Shown piece after piece: positions 1 through 8,741 of a stretch of 55,539 nucleotides of DNA. A program made the translations under genes and the position numbers. The stretch is from positions 1 to 55,539 of the forward strand of contig JAMCSF010000029.1 of assembly GCA_023380795.1 (NCBI GenBank). The letters run 5' to 3'. A model generated the notes under the pieces. That model was not told the origin of the DNA. It was given only the letters and a program-made list of their open reading frames with translations, and did not search any database. Numbering within the stretch: the stretch's first letter is position 1; each line of letters starts with the position of its first letter. This DNA is from Candidatus Marsarchaeota archaeon. GTDB lineage: Archaea > Micrarchaeota > Micrarchaeia > Micrarchaeales > Micrarchaeaceae.

Positions 1-2
1 AC

Positions 3-176
3 CTGGACAAATGGAAAAAGAAGGTCAGATACGGGAGAAGAGTATTGATTGAATCCGCATTCTCCTGATACAAGAGGGTCGTTGGTGAAAACCTATTTTC
101 TCGAAAAATAGGGAATATTGAGAAAGAGATTGTTGCAAAAACGAACATATTGAACAAATTTGCGACGATGAATTAA
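3..176 (+). pseudogene. C-terminal fragment of IS5-family (IS903/ISH1-like) DDE transposase with an in-frame stop; cut by the window edge
   Basis: Frame 3 reads LDKWKKKVRYGRRVLIESAFS*YKRVVGENLFSRKIGNIEKEIVAKTNILNKFATMN*. It contains the Y-x2-R-x3-E-x6-K signature of IS4/IS5 transposases, with TGA at 66-68. Confidence 0.8.
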
Positions 177-216
177 TCTAAGCGGGATTTAGTGTAAACT
201 ATACTCATTTTGGCTT

Positions 217-233
217 ATTTATTGGACAAAGTC
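217..233 (-). mobile_element. Probable right terminal inverted repeat of the IS5-family element
   Basis: Reverse complement GACTTTGTCCAATAAAT resembles the IS903 terminus GGCTTTGTTGAATAAAT (recalled) and lies 40 bp after the transposase stop. Confidence 0.6.
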
Positions 234-261
234 AGTTATAGAAAAGAACTAAATATTTGGT

Positions 262-295
262 CAAGCTCACCATTCCTTTAGGGGAGATGAGTGAC
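262..295 (+). mobile_element. IS200/IS605-like subterminal hairpin (orphan end)
   Basis: CAAGCTCACCATTCCTTTAGGGGAGATGAGTGAC is an imperfect hairpin with a CCTTTAGG apex, CAAGC start and TGAC end. A related hairpin lies at 601-623. Confidence 0.4.
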
Positions 296-711
296 AAATC
301 GGGCATTGATATCAAAATCAACGTAACAATGTCATACAAGATTTGTGGAATAGGATAAAGATTATACTTGTAGAAAAGGAATAAGTGCAATGATGCCGAT
401 ATCAAAACATGCTAAGTAATATCAAAGCATATCACTTAATACCATTCAGGCAGCAAACATTTTGTTAGATGCCGGCTTAGGAACTATTTTTTTCACGATG
501 AGCTCCGCAGCCTGTGCCAATGCCAAATAATGCCAAATATATTCTTCAGGTAAAGGCCGAAGCCAAGGCTATCGCTGAAATTGATATCGTTCGTATGCGT
601 AAGCCGCACCTCTTAGGTAGGGCACGAATATGCTTATGTGCGGTGACTATATCAAAGAAGGCAAAGAAAAGCAATATAAATTATACAACCTAGTTGTAAT
701 TGAAGATTGGC

Positions 712-2118
712 ATGTTAAAACAGAAAAAGATGCTAATTACAGCCATTTTTGTTATCTTAATAATCGCTGCAGTTGGTTTTTATCTTCTTTCAGGTCACTC
801 GGCAAAAAGTGGCAACAACTCTGCTGCACTTATGCAGCTTAATTCACAGATAAATGTGTATGGGGCGAATATGCGTTACTTGTTAAATAGTTCAGCTTCA
901 TACGATCAAGTATTTCCAAACTCTAAAAATTATCCTGTTCTGCTGGAAATTTCAAGCCCATTCAGCAGTATCGGATCGGTTTTAAACGCAACTAGCACAA
1001 AAACACATAACCTGCAGTACAATAATTGGGGCTCTTATAACCCCACCGTATGGGCAATAGTCACAAGCAATCTGACATCATTGGGGTTGATAAGTCTCTC
1101 CGATAAAGTCAACGTCCTGAAGAATGCCGATTCGCTAAAAAGCGTGTATGCGTTTAATATTGCCGGAGAAGATTTGCTTAGCACTTCACAATCACTCCGT
1201 GCTCTACTTCAAAATGGCTCGTTCTCAAATAATAACATGCCTGGATCGGCCAAGTCAAGAAAAATAGCTATTTTCGAATGTGAATGGATCCCGTTGGAAG
1301 CAGACGGAAATACTGAATTGACTGGCATAAATGGCACAAATATTGAATGCAGCAATAATTATACCATGCCGCTTGTAGCTGTGCCTCTAGGCGGCTGGAT
1401 GAGCATGATCGCAGGCGCAAACAGTCAGTTGAACAATATCGGAAATCAAACTGCTATCGGAAGCACCAACCATGCCATGCTTTATCCTCTTTTGTATAGA
1501 ATGGCCCTAACACAATATGAAGGTTATGAACTGTATGAATTTTTGTATAATACAACAATCCTGCCTTCTATAGACCAGATAGTATATACAAATAAAACCA
1601 TGCTTGTCAATCTGGGCAATCTTAACCTTACTGGCACCCCTGCCATAAGTTTGGAAATTGATGGCAGAGACGTAGCATACAAAAGATATTTTAACTGGCT
1701 TGTAGCAAATGCGAATCTTACTGTGGGTAAACACGAAATTGATGTGAAACTTTCGAATAATACCTTATATAATAACATCTATGTGTCTCCATACATCTCT
1801 ATTTATCAAGAGATGACCGCTTCAGCTACTAATTCAAACGGTACGCATATGCCTGCAAAATTGAGCGTTAAGCTGAATAACACTGCATACAACTCTATAA
1901 GCATATATGCAATCTATGGGCCGTTTTCTAAATTCGAGCCAGCCATAACAAATGAAACTATGGACACAAACGGCATTGTGCTAGCTAAGAATGGCTCATT
2001 CACAATCAATTATACTGTGCCAGGGGGCTGTTCAATCAATGAAGAATATACGTATGAATTAGAATTTAACACAAGCTATGGGCACGCTGTTTACTGGCTA
2101 GTCGGTAAATGCGTATAA
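712..2118 (+). CDS. Membrane-anchored/secreted Asn/Ser/Thr-rich surface protein, function unknown
   Basis: Long ORF (track start TTG 700; ATG at 712) with basic residues followed by an N-terminal hydrophobic helix, many N-x-S/T sequons and a beta-rich C-terminus. Confidence 0.8.
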   Translation: MLKQKKMLITAIFVILIIAAVGFYLLSGHSAKSGNNSAALMQLNSQINVYGANMRYLLNSSASYDQVFPNSKNYPVLLEISSPFSSIGSVLNATSTKTHNLQYNNWGSYNPTVWAIVTSNLTSLGLISLSDKVNVLKNADSLKSVYAFNIAGEDLLSTSQSLRALLQNGSFSNNNMPGSAKSRKIAIFECEWIPLEADGNTELTGINGTNIECSNNYTMPLVAVPLGGWMSMIAGANSQLNNIGNQTAIGSTNHAMLYPLLYRMALTQYEGYELYEFLYNTTILPSIDQIVYTNKTMLVNLGNLNLTGTPAISLEIDGRDVAYKRYFNWLVANANLTVGKHEIDVKLSNNTLYNNIYVSPYISIYQEMTASATNSNGTHMPAKLSVKLNNTAYNSISIYAIYGPFSKFEPAITNETMDTNGIVLAKNGSFTINYTVPGGCSINEEYTYELEFNTSYGHAVYWLVGKCV

Positions 2119-2124
2119 GAGTCG

Positions 2125-2151
2125 TGCGTCCAGATGCCAAATTCTGGCGCA
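2125..2151 (+). terminator. Hairpin downstream of the surface-protein gene
   Basis: GTGCG(T)CCAGA-loop-TCTGGCGCAC, 6 nt after the stop. Confidence 0.35.
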
Positions 2152-2391
2152 CCATCGTCCTCAATTGCAAAATCTATAAAAGAGCACTCAGCAAACGAAA
2201 TAATTTACGAAGAGGCCGGTCAGGACATGCAAAGAATGCTTGAAAAGCTCTGGCTAGGGTCAAATCTGAAAGTCACAGCTGCAATTATTGCATAAATTGA
2301 AATACTCTTTTTCAATATTTTCACCCCTTTTCCATTCGGGTTTGTCACAACTAAAGGTGCCCAAGCAATGTTTGTTCAGCTGTGCAGCTTT

Positions 2392-2568
2392 TCAATAAGA
2401 GCAATACGTATAGGTTAGGTGGCCTCCGCAGCTCATGCACTTGTAGCCACCATTGTCATCGGCACACTGGTATCCGTCATCCATGCAGTATAAGTTGTAG
2501 CAATCATCACAAGTAAAGCAAGCCTTTCCCTTGTCTATCTTCTTTCCGCACGCAGAACATATGCCCAT
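2392..2568 (-). CDS. 58-aa Cys-rich small zinc-finger protein (not in ORF track)
   Basis: MGICSACGKKIDKGKACFTCDDCYNLYCMDDGYQCADDNGGYKCMSCGGHLTYTYCSY* has 10 Cys. Upstream AGTGTTTTT-ATG resembles other starts in the window. Confidence 0.75.
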   Translation of the reverse strand: MGICSACGKKIDKGKACFTCDDCYNLYCMDDGYQCADDNGGYKCMSCGGHLTYTYCSY

Positions 2569-2670
2569 AAAAACACTATATAATCAAATAATAATCCTAT
2601 TTGGCTGCAATACTTAATAGCATTTCCCAAAGCGAAGCGCACTAATAACTGTCCCTATTTTCCAAAGGAT

Positions 2671-2746
2671 ATGTCATTTGTATATTCACACATTTCTGAA
2701 AACAAAACATGTCATTTGTATATTCACACATTTCTGAAAACAAAAC
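2671..2746. repeat. Perfect 38-bp tandem duplication
   Basis: ATGTCATTTGTATATTCACACATTTCTGAAAACAAAAC at 2671-2708 and 2709-2746. Confidence 0.95.
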
Positions 2747-2955
2747 AAATGAACTGTTAAAATAGCATGAACTGGCTCAAGATAAATTTTACGAGGCTAT
2801 ACTTAAAATGCAATAAAATTTAAATATAACCATAGCGGATTTAAATCAGGCACATAGATTAAATGCCATAGCTTAATAATCCAATTAACCATCTTAATAC
2901 CGATTATAATAATATACTAATTACTTGATTGTTATGTTTTCTAAAGTGGTATAAG

Positions 2956-3165
2956 ATGGCGCTCAGGGATGCAAGGAAAGAAAGCAAGGGCAACCCAACG
3001 GTGAAGGCCGGAGTTTCGTCTACCATAAGCTTTGGTCGGTGGGCAATGATGAAATTCGTAGTGAAACTAGCAAGAAAGGCAGGAGTCAACATGGAAAAGG
3101 TTAAGCGCTATGGATTAGATAATGAAACTGCAAAGATGGAAACGGTTGTACAATTCAACAAGTGA
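2956..3165 (+). CDS. Small basic hypothetical protein (69 aa)
   Basis: ATG after GTGGT, typical codon usage, ends 4 nt before apt. Confidence 0.65.
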   Translation: MALRDARKESKGNPTVKAGVSSTISFGRWAMMKFVVKLARKAGVNMEKVKRYGLDNETAKMETVVQFNK

Positions 3166-3169
3166 TTTA

Positions 3170-3709
3170 ATGGAAAAAACAGAGCTTACGGAGCGCATAA
3201 AGTCTGCTATAGTGGATGTTCCTGACTATCCAAAAAAAGGCATAATGTTCAAGGACATAACTGGCCTTTTCGCCTCACATCAATTATTCAAGGACACCAT
3301 GCACGCCCTAGCAGCAGAAACTGTCTCAAAGCTTGGCTTCAAGCCAGATTTTGTGGCTGGAATAGAGGCCAGGGGATTCATAATAGGGACCGCACTCGCG
3401 GACGAAATAGGGGTTGGCTTCGTTCCAATAAGAAAGGCCGGTAAACTCCCGAGGGACGTGGTGAGCGAGTCATACGATCTGGAATATGGCAGCGCGTCCA
3501 TCGAGCTTCAAAAAGACTCCATGCCTGAAGGCTCAAGGGTGCTGATAGCAGATGACCTTCTTGCTACAGGCGGAACTGCAAGCGCAGCTGAAAAGCTCAT
3601 AAAAAAGCAAGGCTCCAAGCCAATAGGCTTCGCGTTCATAATAGTGCTTTCTGGCTTCGGCAGCAAGGATGCGCTCAAGCTTCCTGTTTTTGAAATGGTG
3701 GAATACTGA
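3170..3709 (+). CDS. apt: Adenine phosphoribosyltransferase
   Basis: PDYPKKGIMFKDIT, GIEARGF, RKAGKLP, YDLEYG and the PRPP loop ADDLLATGGT. Start moved to ATG 3170. Confidence 0.95.
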   Translation: MEKTELTERIKSAIVDVPDYPKKGIMFKDITGLFASHQLFKDTMHALAAETVSKLGFKPDFVAGIEARGFIIGTALADEIGVGFVPIRKAGKLPRDVVSESYDLEYGSASIELQKDSMPEGSRVLIADDLLATGGTASAAEKLIKKQGSKPIGFAFIIVLSGFGSKDALKLPVFEMVEY

Positions 3710-3755
3710 ATCCAATCCCGAAAAGTCTAATAATGATTAGAGGTTAAGTGAAACG

Positions 3756-4367
3756 ATGGAAAATTTTGAAGTCATAGAATACGCAAGAAATTCGGAAAAA
3801 ATTGAGATACTCAAGGCAATAAGCTACAGGGAGCCTACCTACATAAGGATAGAGTCAGAAAAGAAGTTCACCGTGGGAACAGTTCTGCAATCGGACGGAA
3901 AGGAGGTATTCGAAGCCGGAGCCAAAATAGGGATTGTGAGCGAAACCAAATCCGCCAAGGACATAAGCATAAGCACGGATTACGACATAAAATACACCGG
4001 AGGCTATTCAAAGGACGGAAAGATCATATACATAGCCAGGACGCTGCCGAAGGAAATAGAGATAAAAGGCAAGAAGCTGAGCCTCATAGATTCCATAGGG
4101 ATGCATCACGAGCTCGTGGAGAAATGGCTTGTGGACGATCTGTACCAATATCCGTACGCCCACGAGGTTGCCACGAAAATAGAAAAGCAATACGTCGAAT
4201 CTCTCGGCATAGAATGGCACGACTACGACGAAGCCGTCGGAAAGCTGCTGCACGAGAATTATGAGAGGAAGCTGGAGAAGAGCCCGAAGGATCTGGACCT
4301 TTCGCCCTACATGGCGTCTAACGACACTGCTGCCATAAAGGAAATAAGGGACAGCTCCGAGCCGTGA
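3756..4367 (+). CDS. Conserved hypothetical protein with HExxE / HExxxxxE putative metal-binding motifs
   Basis: 203-aa ORF containing GGYSKDGKIIYI, HHELVEK, YAHEVATKIE and DLDLSPY. Confidence 0.8.
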   Translation: MENFEVIEYARNSEKIEILKAISYREPTYIRIESEKKFTVGTVLQSDGKEVFEAGAKIGIVSETKSAKDISISTDYDIKYTGGYSKDGKIIYIARTLPKEIEIKGKKLSLIDSIGMHHELVEKWLVDDLYQYPYAHEVATKIEKQYVESLGIEWHDYDEAVGKLLHENYERKLEKSPKDLDLSPYMASNDTAAIKEIRDSSEP

Positions 4368-4473
4368 TTAATGCGCCGCAGCATTTTGAGCGCTTGGGCT
4401 CAGTATTAAATATTAAGTGCTTTAAAGAATATATGTTAAAAGCTATGTGCAGAATTTAATTGCATTGTTTGCG

Positions 4474-4530
4474 AAGGCGTCTTGTTTTCCCGCTTAACGC
4501 GGTATGTAAGCCATAGACACAAGGTGCCTT
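4474..4530 (+). promoter_or_regulatory. Structured 5' leader of the DEAD-box helicase gene
   Basis: 12-bp stem (4474-4485 with 4519-4530, two G-U pairs) enclosing two small hairpins. TTTAAA box at 4421-4426. Confidence 0.5.
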
Positions 4531-4565
4531 ATTTTGACTTTGGCTTTACGCTAAAAAGTGATTCA

Positions 4566-5963
4566 TTGGACAGATTCGATAGTTTCGAAAGTACGGGCCT
4601 AAAAGCAGAAATAAAAAAGGCCCTTGGAGAGATGGGCTTTACGAGCCCTACCGAAGTGCAGGTTGAAGCGATACCATACGCCCTGGAAGGGAAGGACCTT
4701 ATAGTAAGGTCAAAGACTGGCAGCGGCAAGACCGGTGCCTTTGCGATACCAATACTGGACATGCTTGTTCATCAGCCTTCTAAATCAGGCGTTCACGCTC
4801 TTGTGATAGCCCCTACAAGGGAGCTCGCAATACAGATATCTGACGTATTTACCAAAATAGGCAAATACACGCACATAAGGAACGCTATAGTTTACGGCGG
4901 AGTCTCGATAAACCCGCAGGCCGACAAGATACGTTCCGGGGCAAGCGTAGTGATAGGGACCCCCGGAAGGATAATAGACCTGATGGAAAGGGGCATGCTC
5001 GACCTCAGCAGGATAAAGTTCCTGGTCCTAGACGAAGCGGACATAATGCTCGAGATGGGATTCATAGACGACATAAAGTACATAATAGAAAACATGCCTG
5101 AGAAAAAACAGATGATGCTTTTCTCCGCAACGATGCCGAACAGGATAAAGGAGGTCGCTTACGAATACATGCACGACATCAAAAGCATAGAAGTAGGCGG
5201 AGAGGAGGAGCTTGCTGTAAAAAAGATACAGAACGTTTATTCGCTGGTGCCAAAATCGTCGAAGTTCTCGGCGCTGCTGGCCTATCTTGACGAATACAAG
5301 CCCAAAAAGGCTATAGTATTCTCTAAGACGCAGAGGAATACGGAAACACTGTACAGGATACTTTCCGACAACGGCTTCAAGCCGATACTGCTGCACGGGG
5401 GCATAACCCAGGCAAAAAGGGAGGTTGCGCTCAGCCGCTTCAGGCACGTTGACGGTGGCCTACTGATAGCAACCAACGTTGCAGCGAGGGGGCTTGACAT
5501 AGTCGATGTAAGCGATGTCATAAACTTCGATTCTCCGGACGAGCCTGCTGTCTACATCCACAGGGTCGGAAGATCGGCGAGGATGGGAAGGGAAGGAAGG
5601 GCTTTCACCATAGTGCAGAGAGACGAGCAGTCTTTCATATATGCTGTGGAAAAATTTGCAGGGATAAAGTTCAAGATGGTAAATCTTGACTTGGACAAGT
5701 TCAAGAATGTTAATTTCGGCAAATATTTCTCAGGTTCTGACCGCGAACGCGGGCCAGGGCGCTTCGGCGGCCAGCACAGCCATTTTGACAGAAGCGGCAG
5801 CCACGGACATTATGGAGGCGACCGCGAGCACGGTTCTGGCAGCGGCTCTAGGTATGGATCCAGAGACCGTGGCAGGGACCACAGTAGCCAAAGGTACGGC
5901 GGAAAGGAAAGGAACCGCGGCGGAAGGCGCCCATATAGAAGGGAAACTCCAAACTATTCATGA
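4566..5963 (+). CDS. DEAD-box RNA helicase with RG/RGG-rich tail
   Basis: Q motif PTEVQ, SKTGSGKT, PTRELA, TPGR, DEAD, SAT, ARGLD, HRVGRSAR. Likely start TTG 4566 after AGTGA (track starts at 4482). Confidence 0.97.
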   Translation: MDRFDSFESTGLKAEIKKALGEMGFTSPTEVQVEAIPYALEGKDLIVRSKTGSGKTGAFAIPILDMLVHQPSKSGVHALVIAPTRELAIQISDVFTKIGKYTHIRNAIVYGGVSINPQADKIRSGASVVIGTPGRIIDLMERGMLDLSRIKFLVLDEADIMLEMGFIDDIKYIIENMPEKKQMMLFSATMPNRIKEVAYEYMHDIKSIEVGGEEELAVKKIQNVYSLVPKSSKFSALLAYLDEYKPKKAIVFSKTQRNTETLYRILSDNGFKPILLHGGITQAKREVALSRFRHVDGGLLIATNVAARGLDIVDVSDVINFDSPDEPAVYIHRVGRSARMGREGRAFTIVQRDEQSFIYAVEKFAGIKFKMVNLDLDKFKNVNFGKYFSGSDRERGPGRFGGQHSHFDRSGSHGHYGGDREHGSGSGSRYGSRDRGRDHSSQRYGGKERNRGGRRPYRRETPNYS

Positions 5964-5965
5964 TA

Positions 5966-7417
5966 TCATTGCGAAAATGCAACGCATGAATGATTGCTTG
6001 GGAGGTATATCCCATAATCCTTACTCAGGTAAGCGGCGGAATAGCCTTTAATATTTACGCTGTTCGCATCTATTCCGACGTTATCTACCACGACTGCGGG
6101 ATACCTGTCGCTAGTGGAATTCATGTTTCCAGGATAATGCGCAGGTATGCCGTAATACCTCAAATACACCCATGCGTTCGATATAATGCTGCAGTTCTCA
6201 ATTCCAAGGTTTTTTATCTCCCTGACTGCATTAAGCACTGTAGTATTCTTTGTCCCGAGCGAAGCGAATGGGTAATGTGATTGTATCCCGAAATAGGATG
6301 CTGTCAGCAGCGAAACGTATATCAATGCAGCCAAAGCTATCGCCGCATACGCATATCTTTTATACTGCCCATATCTCTTAATTGCCCTGGAAAAAAATAA
6401 GCCAAGCAGCAAAGCGGTGCAGGCATATATCTCATATCCCCATCTGGGAAGGTTGTTTATCGACGCGTGGATTGACACGGCGGCCGTCCCGGCTAGTGCA
6501 AGCAAAAAGGAAACCATTACTATCCTCTCCCCGTATCCGAAATCATTCGGGAAAGATGCATGCTTTTTGACGGCTGCACCATTCCTGTGAAGAAGCATAA
6601 TCGCCAAAATTGCGGTTGCGGCCACTATGAAAGGGATTATGTACGCAAATATTATCGAGAAAGACTGAATCGCAGCTCCTACTATGCTGCTTTCGCTCAC
6701 CTTATATATTACGAATGCCTCACCGAAGGACTGAAGATAGCTTTCAATGGGATTGCCATACGCTGCAAAGTTAACCGCGAACCATGCTGCAAGTACCGCA
6801 AGGTAAGACAGGAACCCCTTGAGCCTTTCCTTTCCAGGAAGAAAAAACAGCAGCAGTATGAATATCGAAGAAAAGTACTTCGCAAGCCCTGCAAGGCTCA
6901 GCACAGCGCCTGCCTGCCATTTGCCCCTGGCAGCAAGCCCTATGCCGAACAGGAGCAGTGCCATCGACAATATCTCAGCCCCGTTGAGGAGTGTAAGGTA
7001 TATCACAGCGTAAGGGGTAATGAGCATTGCTAGCATAAGGAATCTGTTGGCACTTATGGAATCAGCAGCATATACCGAAGCAATTATCAGAAACGCAATC
7101 TCTGCAACCACATAGTACATGGGCCCATATGCTCCAATTGGCAGGAAAGGCACCATAAGCACGGACATAAGCGGAGCCCTGAACCATTCGACATAAAAAA
7201 TATTTTCATACGATATCGCCATGGCTGCGGTATGGTTAGCAATGCTTGAATAAAACGCAGGGCCAGCAAGGGCTTTGGCATAAAGCATGTGTGCTGCAAA
7301 GTCCCAGTAATAGCCCCCAATCGCGTTTATCCGGAATATGATTAATGACCCTACAATAAGAAGCACTAAAGCATAAGCAGCCAGAAGGCCAAAGGCAATC
7401 TTTTTCTTATCTGGCAT
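5966..7417 (-). CDS. Polytopic membrane protein, probable GT-C-fold glycosyltransferase
   Basis: About 11 hydrophobic helices, YYWD in the first loop, RAPL, LAGLAKY, NFAAYGNP, LPRW. Confidence 0.7.
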   Translation of the reverse strand: MPDKKKIAFGLLAAYALVLLIVGSLIIFRINAIGGYYWDFAAHMLYAKALAGPAFYSSIANHTAAMAISYENIFYVEWFRAPLMSVLMVPFLPIGAYGPMYYVVAEIAFLIIASVYAADSISANRFLMLAMLITPYAVIYLTLLNGAEILSMALLLFGIGLAARGKWQAGAVLSLAGLAKYFSSIFILLLFFLPGKERLKGFLSYLAVLAAWFAVNFAAYGNPIESYLQSFGEAFVIYKVSESSIVGAAIQSFSIIFAYIIPFIVAATAILAIMLLHRNGAAVKKHASFPNDFGYGERIVMVSFLLALAGTAAVSIHASINNLPRWGYEIYACTALLLGLFFSRAIKRYGQYKRYAYAAIALAALIYVSLLTASYFGIQSHYPFASLGTKNTTVLNAVREIKNLGIENCSIISNAWVYLRYYGIPAHYPGNMNSTSDRYPAVVVDNVGIDANSVNIKGYSAAYLSKDYGIYLPSNHSCVAFSQ

Positions 7418-7471
7418 CGTGGCTGCACCCTCATGGCAAAATCTTTATTTTAAACAGGATAATACCTATAT

Positions 7472-8392
7472 ATGTTTAACTACGAATACTGGGGTCTGAA
7501 CGACCTTAGCATATCCGATAACATGGCGCTTGAGGAGCTCATGCTAGAAGACAGCGCCTCAAGGAACGTTGCAGGCATAAGATTCTGGAACGTAAAAAAG
7601 GATTCGGTCGTGCTTGGGTACGGAGAATCTCCGAATAACGTTAAGGCAAGAGACGCATCCTTCGACCTCGCCAGGCGCATAACCGGAGGTTCACATGTTG
7701 AGTTCGACAAGGCGTGCCTTGCGTACACGTTCACTGTACCTAGGGACGGGAGCTTCAGGCATTATGAGGACATGCGCAAGTATTTTGCAGAGCATATGGC
7801 CTCCTCGCTTTCGGATCTCGGAATAAAAGACGTGTACGCGGACAACAAAGCATCAACGATAAACGTTGCAGGCAAGGTTATCGCAAGCCATGCAATATTT
7901 TGGGGCGTAAAAAGCGCACTGCTTCACGGGCTTCTGCTGATAGACCACTACGATGTTGAAAAGATAGCAGAGCGCATGATACTTTCAAAAAGGAAAATAA
8001 GCGGAAGCGTATACGAAGAGGCAGACGCACTGCGGCTGGCCCCGGTTGCGTCAGAACTCGTCAAGTCTGGATCATCAATCCCTCAGCATGAAAAGGCCGA
8101 ATTCGCAAGAAGGGCAATATCCAACAAGCTGCTCGATTCGCTTACGGGCGGCAACCATTCGAAGTTTTTTGTAAGCCAAAAAACCATTTCGAGGGCGGAA
8201 AGGCTTGTAAGCAGCACCCACACCGATTCAAGGTGGCTGGATCTCAGGAATCCGCCGTATACTAAAGAATCTGCCGAAGCGATACCGGGCGAAGAACTGA
8301 ACGGCACATTAAAGGAGGGGCTTGGATACTGCATGTACATTGAAGTAAGCGACAAGGATTTCAAGGAAATGGCAGTGCCAAAGGGAGAATAA
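7472..8392 (+). CDS. Lipoate-protein ligase (BPL/LplA/LipB fold) family protein, divergent
   Basis: NMALEE, RFW, SVVLG, RRITGG, LLHGLLL. Confidence 0.8.
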   Translation: MFNYEYWGLNDLSISDNMALEELMLEDSASRNVAGIRFWNVKKDSVVLGYGESPNNVKARDASFDLARRITGGSHVEFDKACLAYTFTVPRDGSFRHYEDMRKYFAEHMASSLSDLGIKDVYADNKASTINVAGKVIASHAIFWGVKSALLHGLLLIDHYDVEKIAERMILSKRKISGSVYEEADALRLAPVASELVKSGSSIPQHEKAEFARRAISNKLLDSLTGGNHSKFFVSQKTISRAERLVSSTHTDSRWLDLRNPPYTKESAEAIPGEELNGTLKEGLGYCMYIEVSDKDFKEMAVPKGE

Positions 8393-8467
8393 GCAATCTG
8401 CATAGGCAACTTTTCATAACCATAAAAACAGCCCCGCAGAGAGGGAAGAATGGTTTTTGCCCATTCA

Positions 8468-8614
8468 CTAGCGCCTGAGGTATGGGATATATTTCTCCAA
8501 TTCCCTCATGTTCGGCACGCCCAAATTCATCTCTTCCTTCTCCCGGAAGGATTTCAAGATGCTTTTATTTTCCGCGATGCTTTCTGCACCGCTTACCTTT
8601 TCCGTTTTATTCAT
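8468..8614 (-). CDS. 48-aa small protein (not in ORF track)
   Basis: MNKTEKVSGAESIAENKSILKSFREKEEMNLGVPNMRELEKYIPYLRR*, with a strong AGGTGA RBS 5 nt upstream. Confidence 0.65.
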   Translation of the reverse strand: MNKTEKVSGAESIAENKSILKSFREKEEMNLGVPNMRELEKYIPYLRR

Positions 8615-8741
8615 GTCTTTCACCTAAGCGCAACTGGCGTGCCTCAGGTGCTAGCATGATTATTTGGCAAGAATATATTTAAATCTTCTTCTAAGCCATT
8701 AACCTTTTAATCTTTTATTAAAATAACTCATAAGTGTTTGC

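Noticed and set aside
2219-2314. Short minus-strand ORF MKKSISIYAIIAAVTF... after GGTGA
   Set aside because: Only about 31 codons; it may be a relic signal peptide but cannot be supported.
2671-2746. CRISPR mini-array
   Set aside because: Two adjacent units with no spacer and no cas genes.
2956-3165. Alba-like chromatin protein
   Set aside because: Only a vague size, charge and topology resemblance; the KARG.AI..AVD signature is absent.
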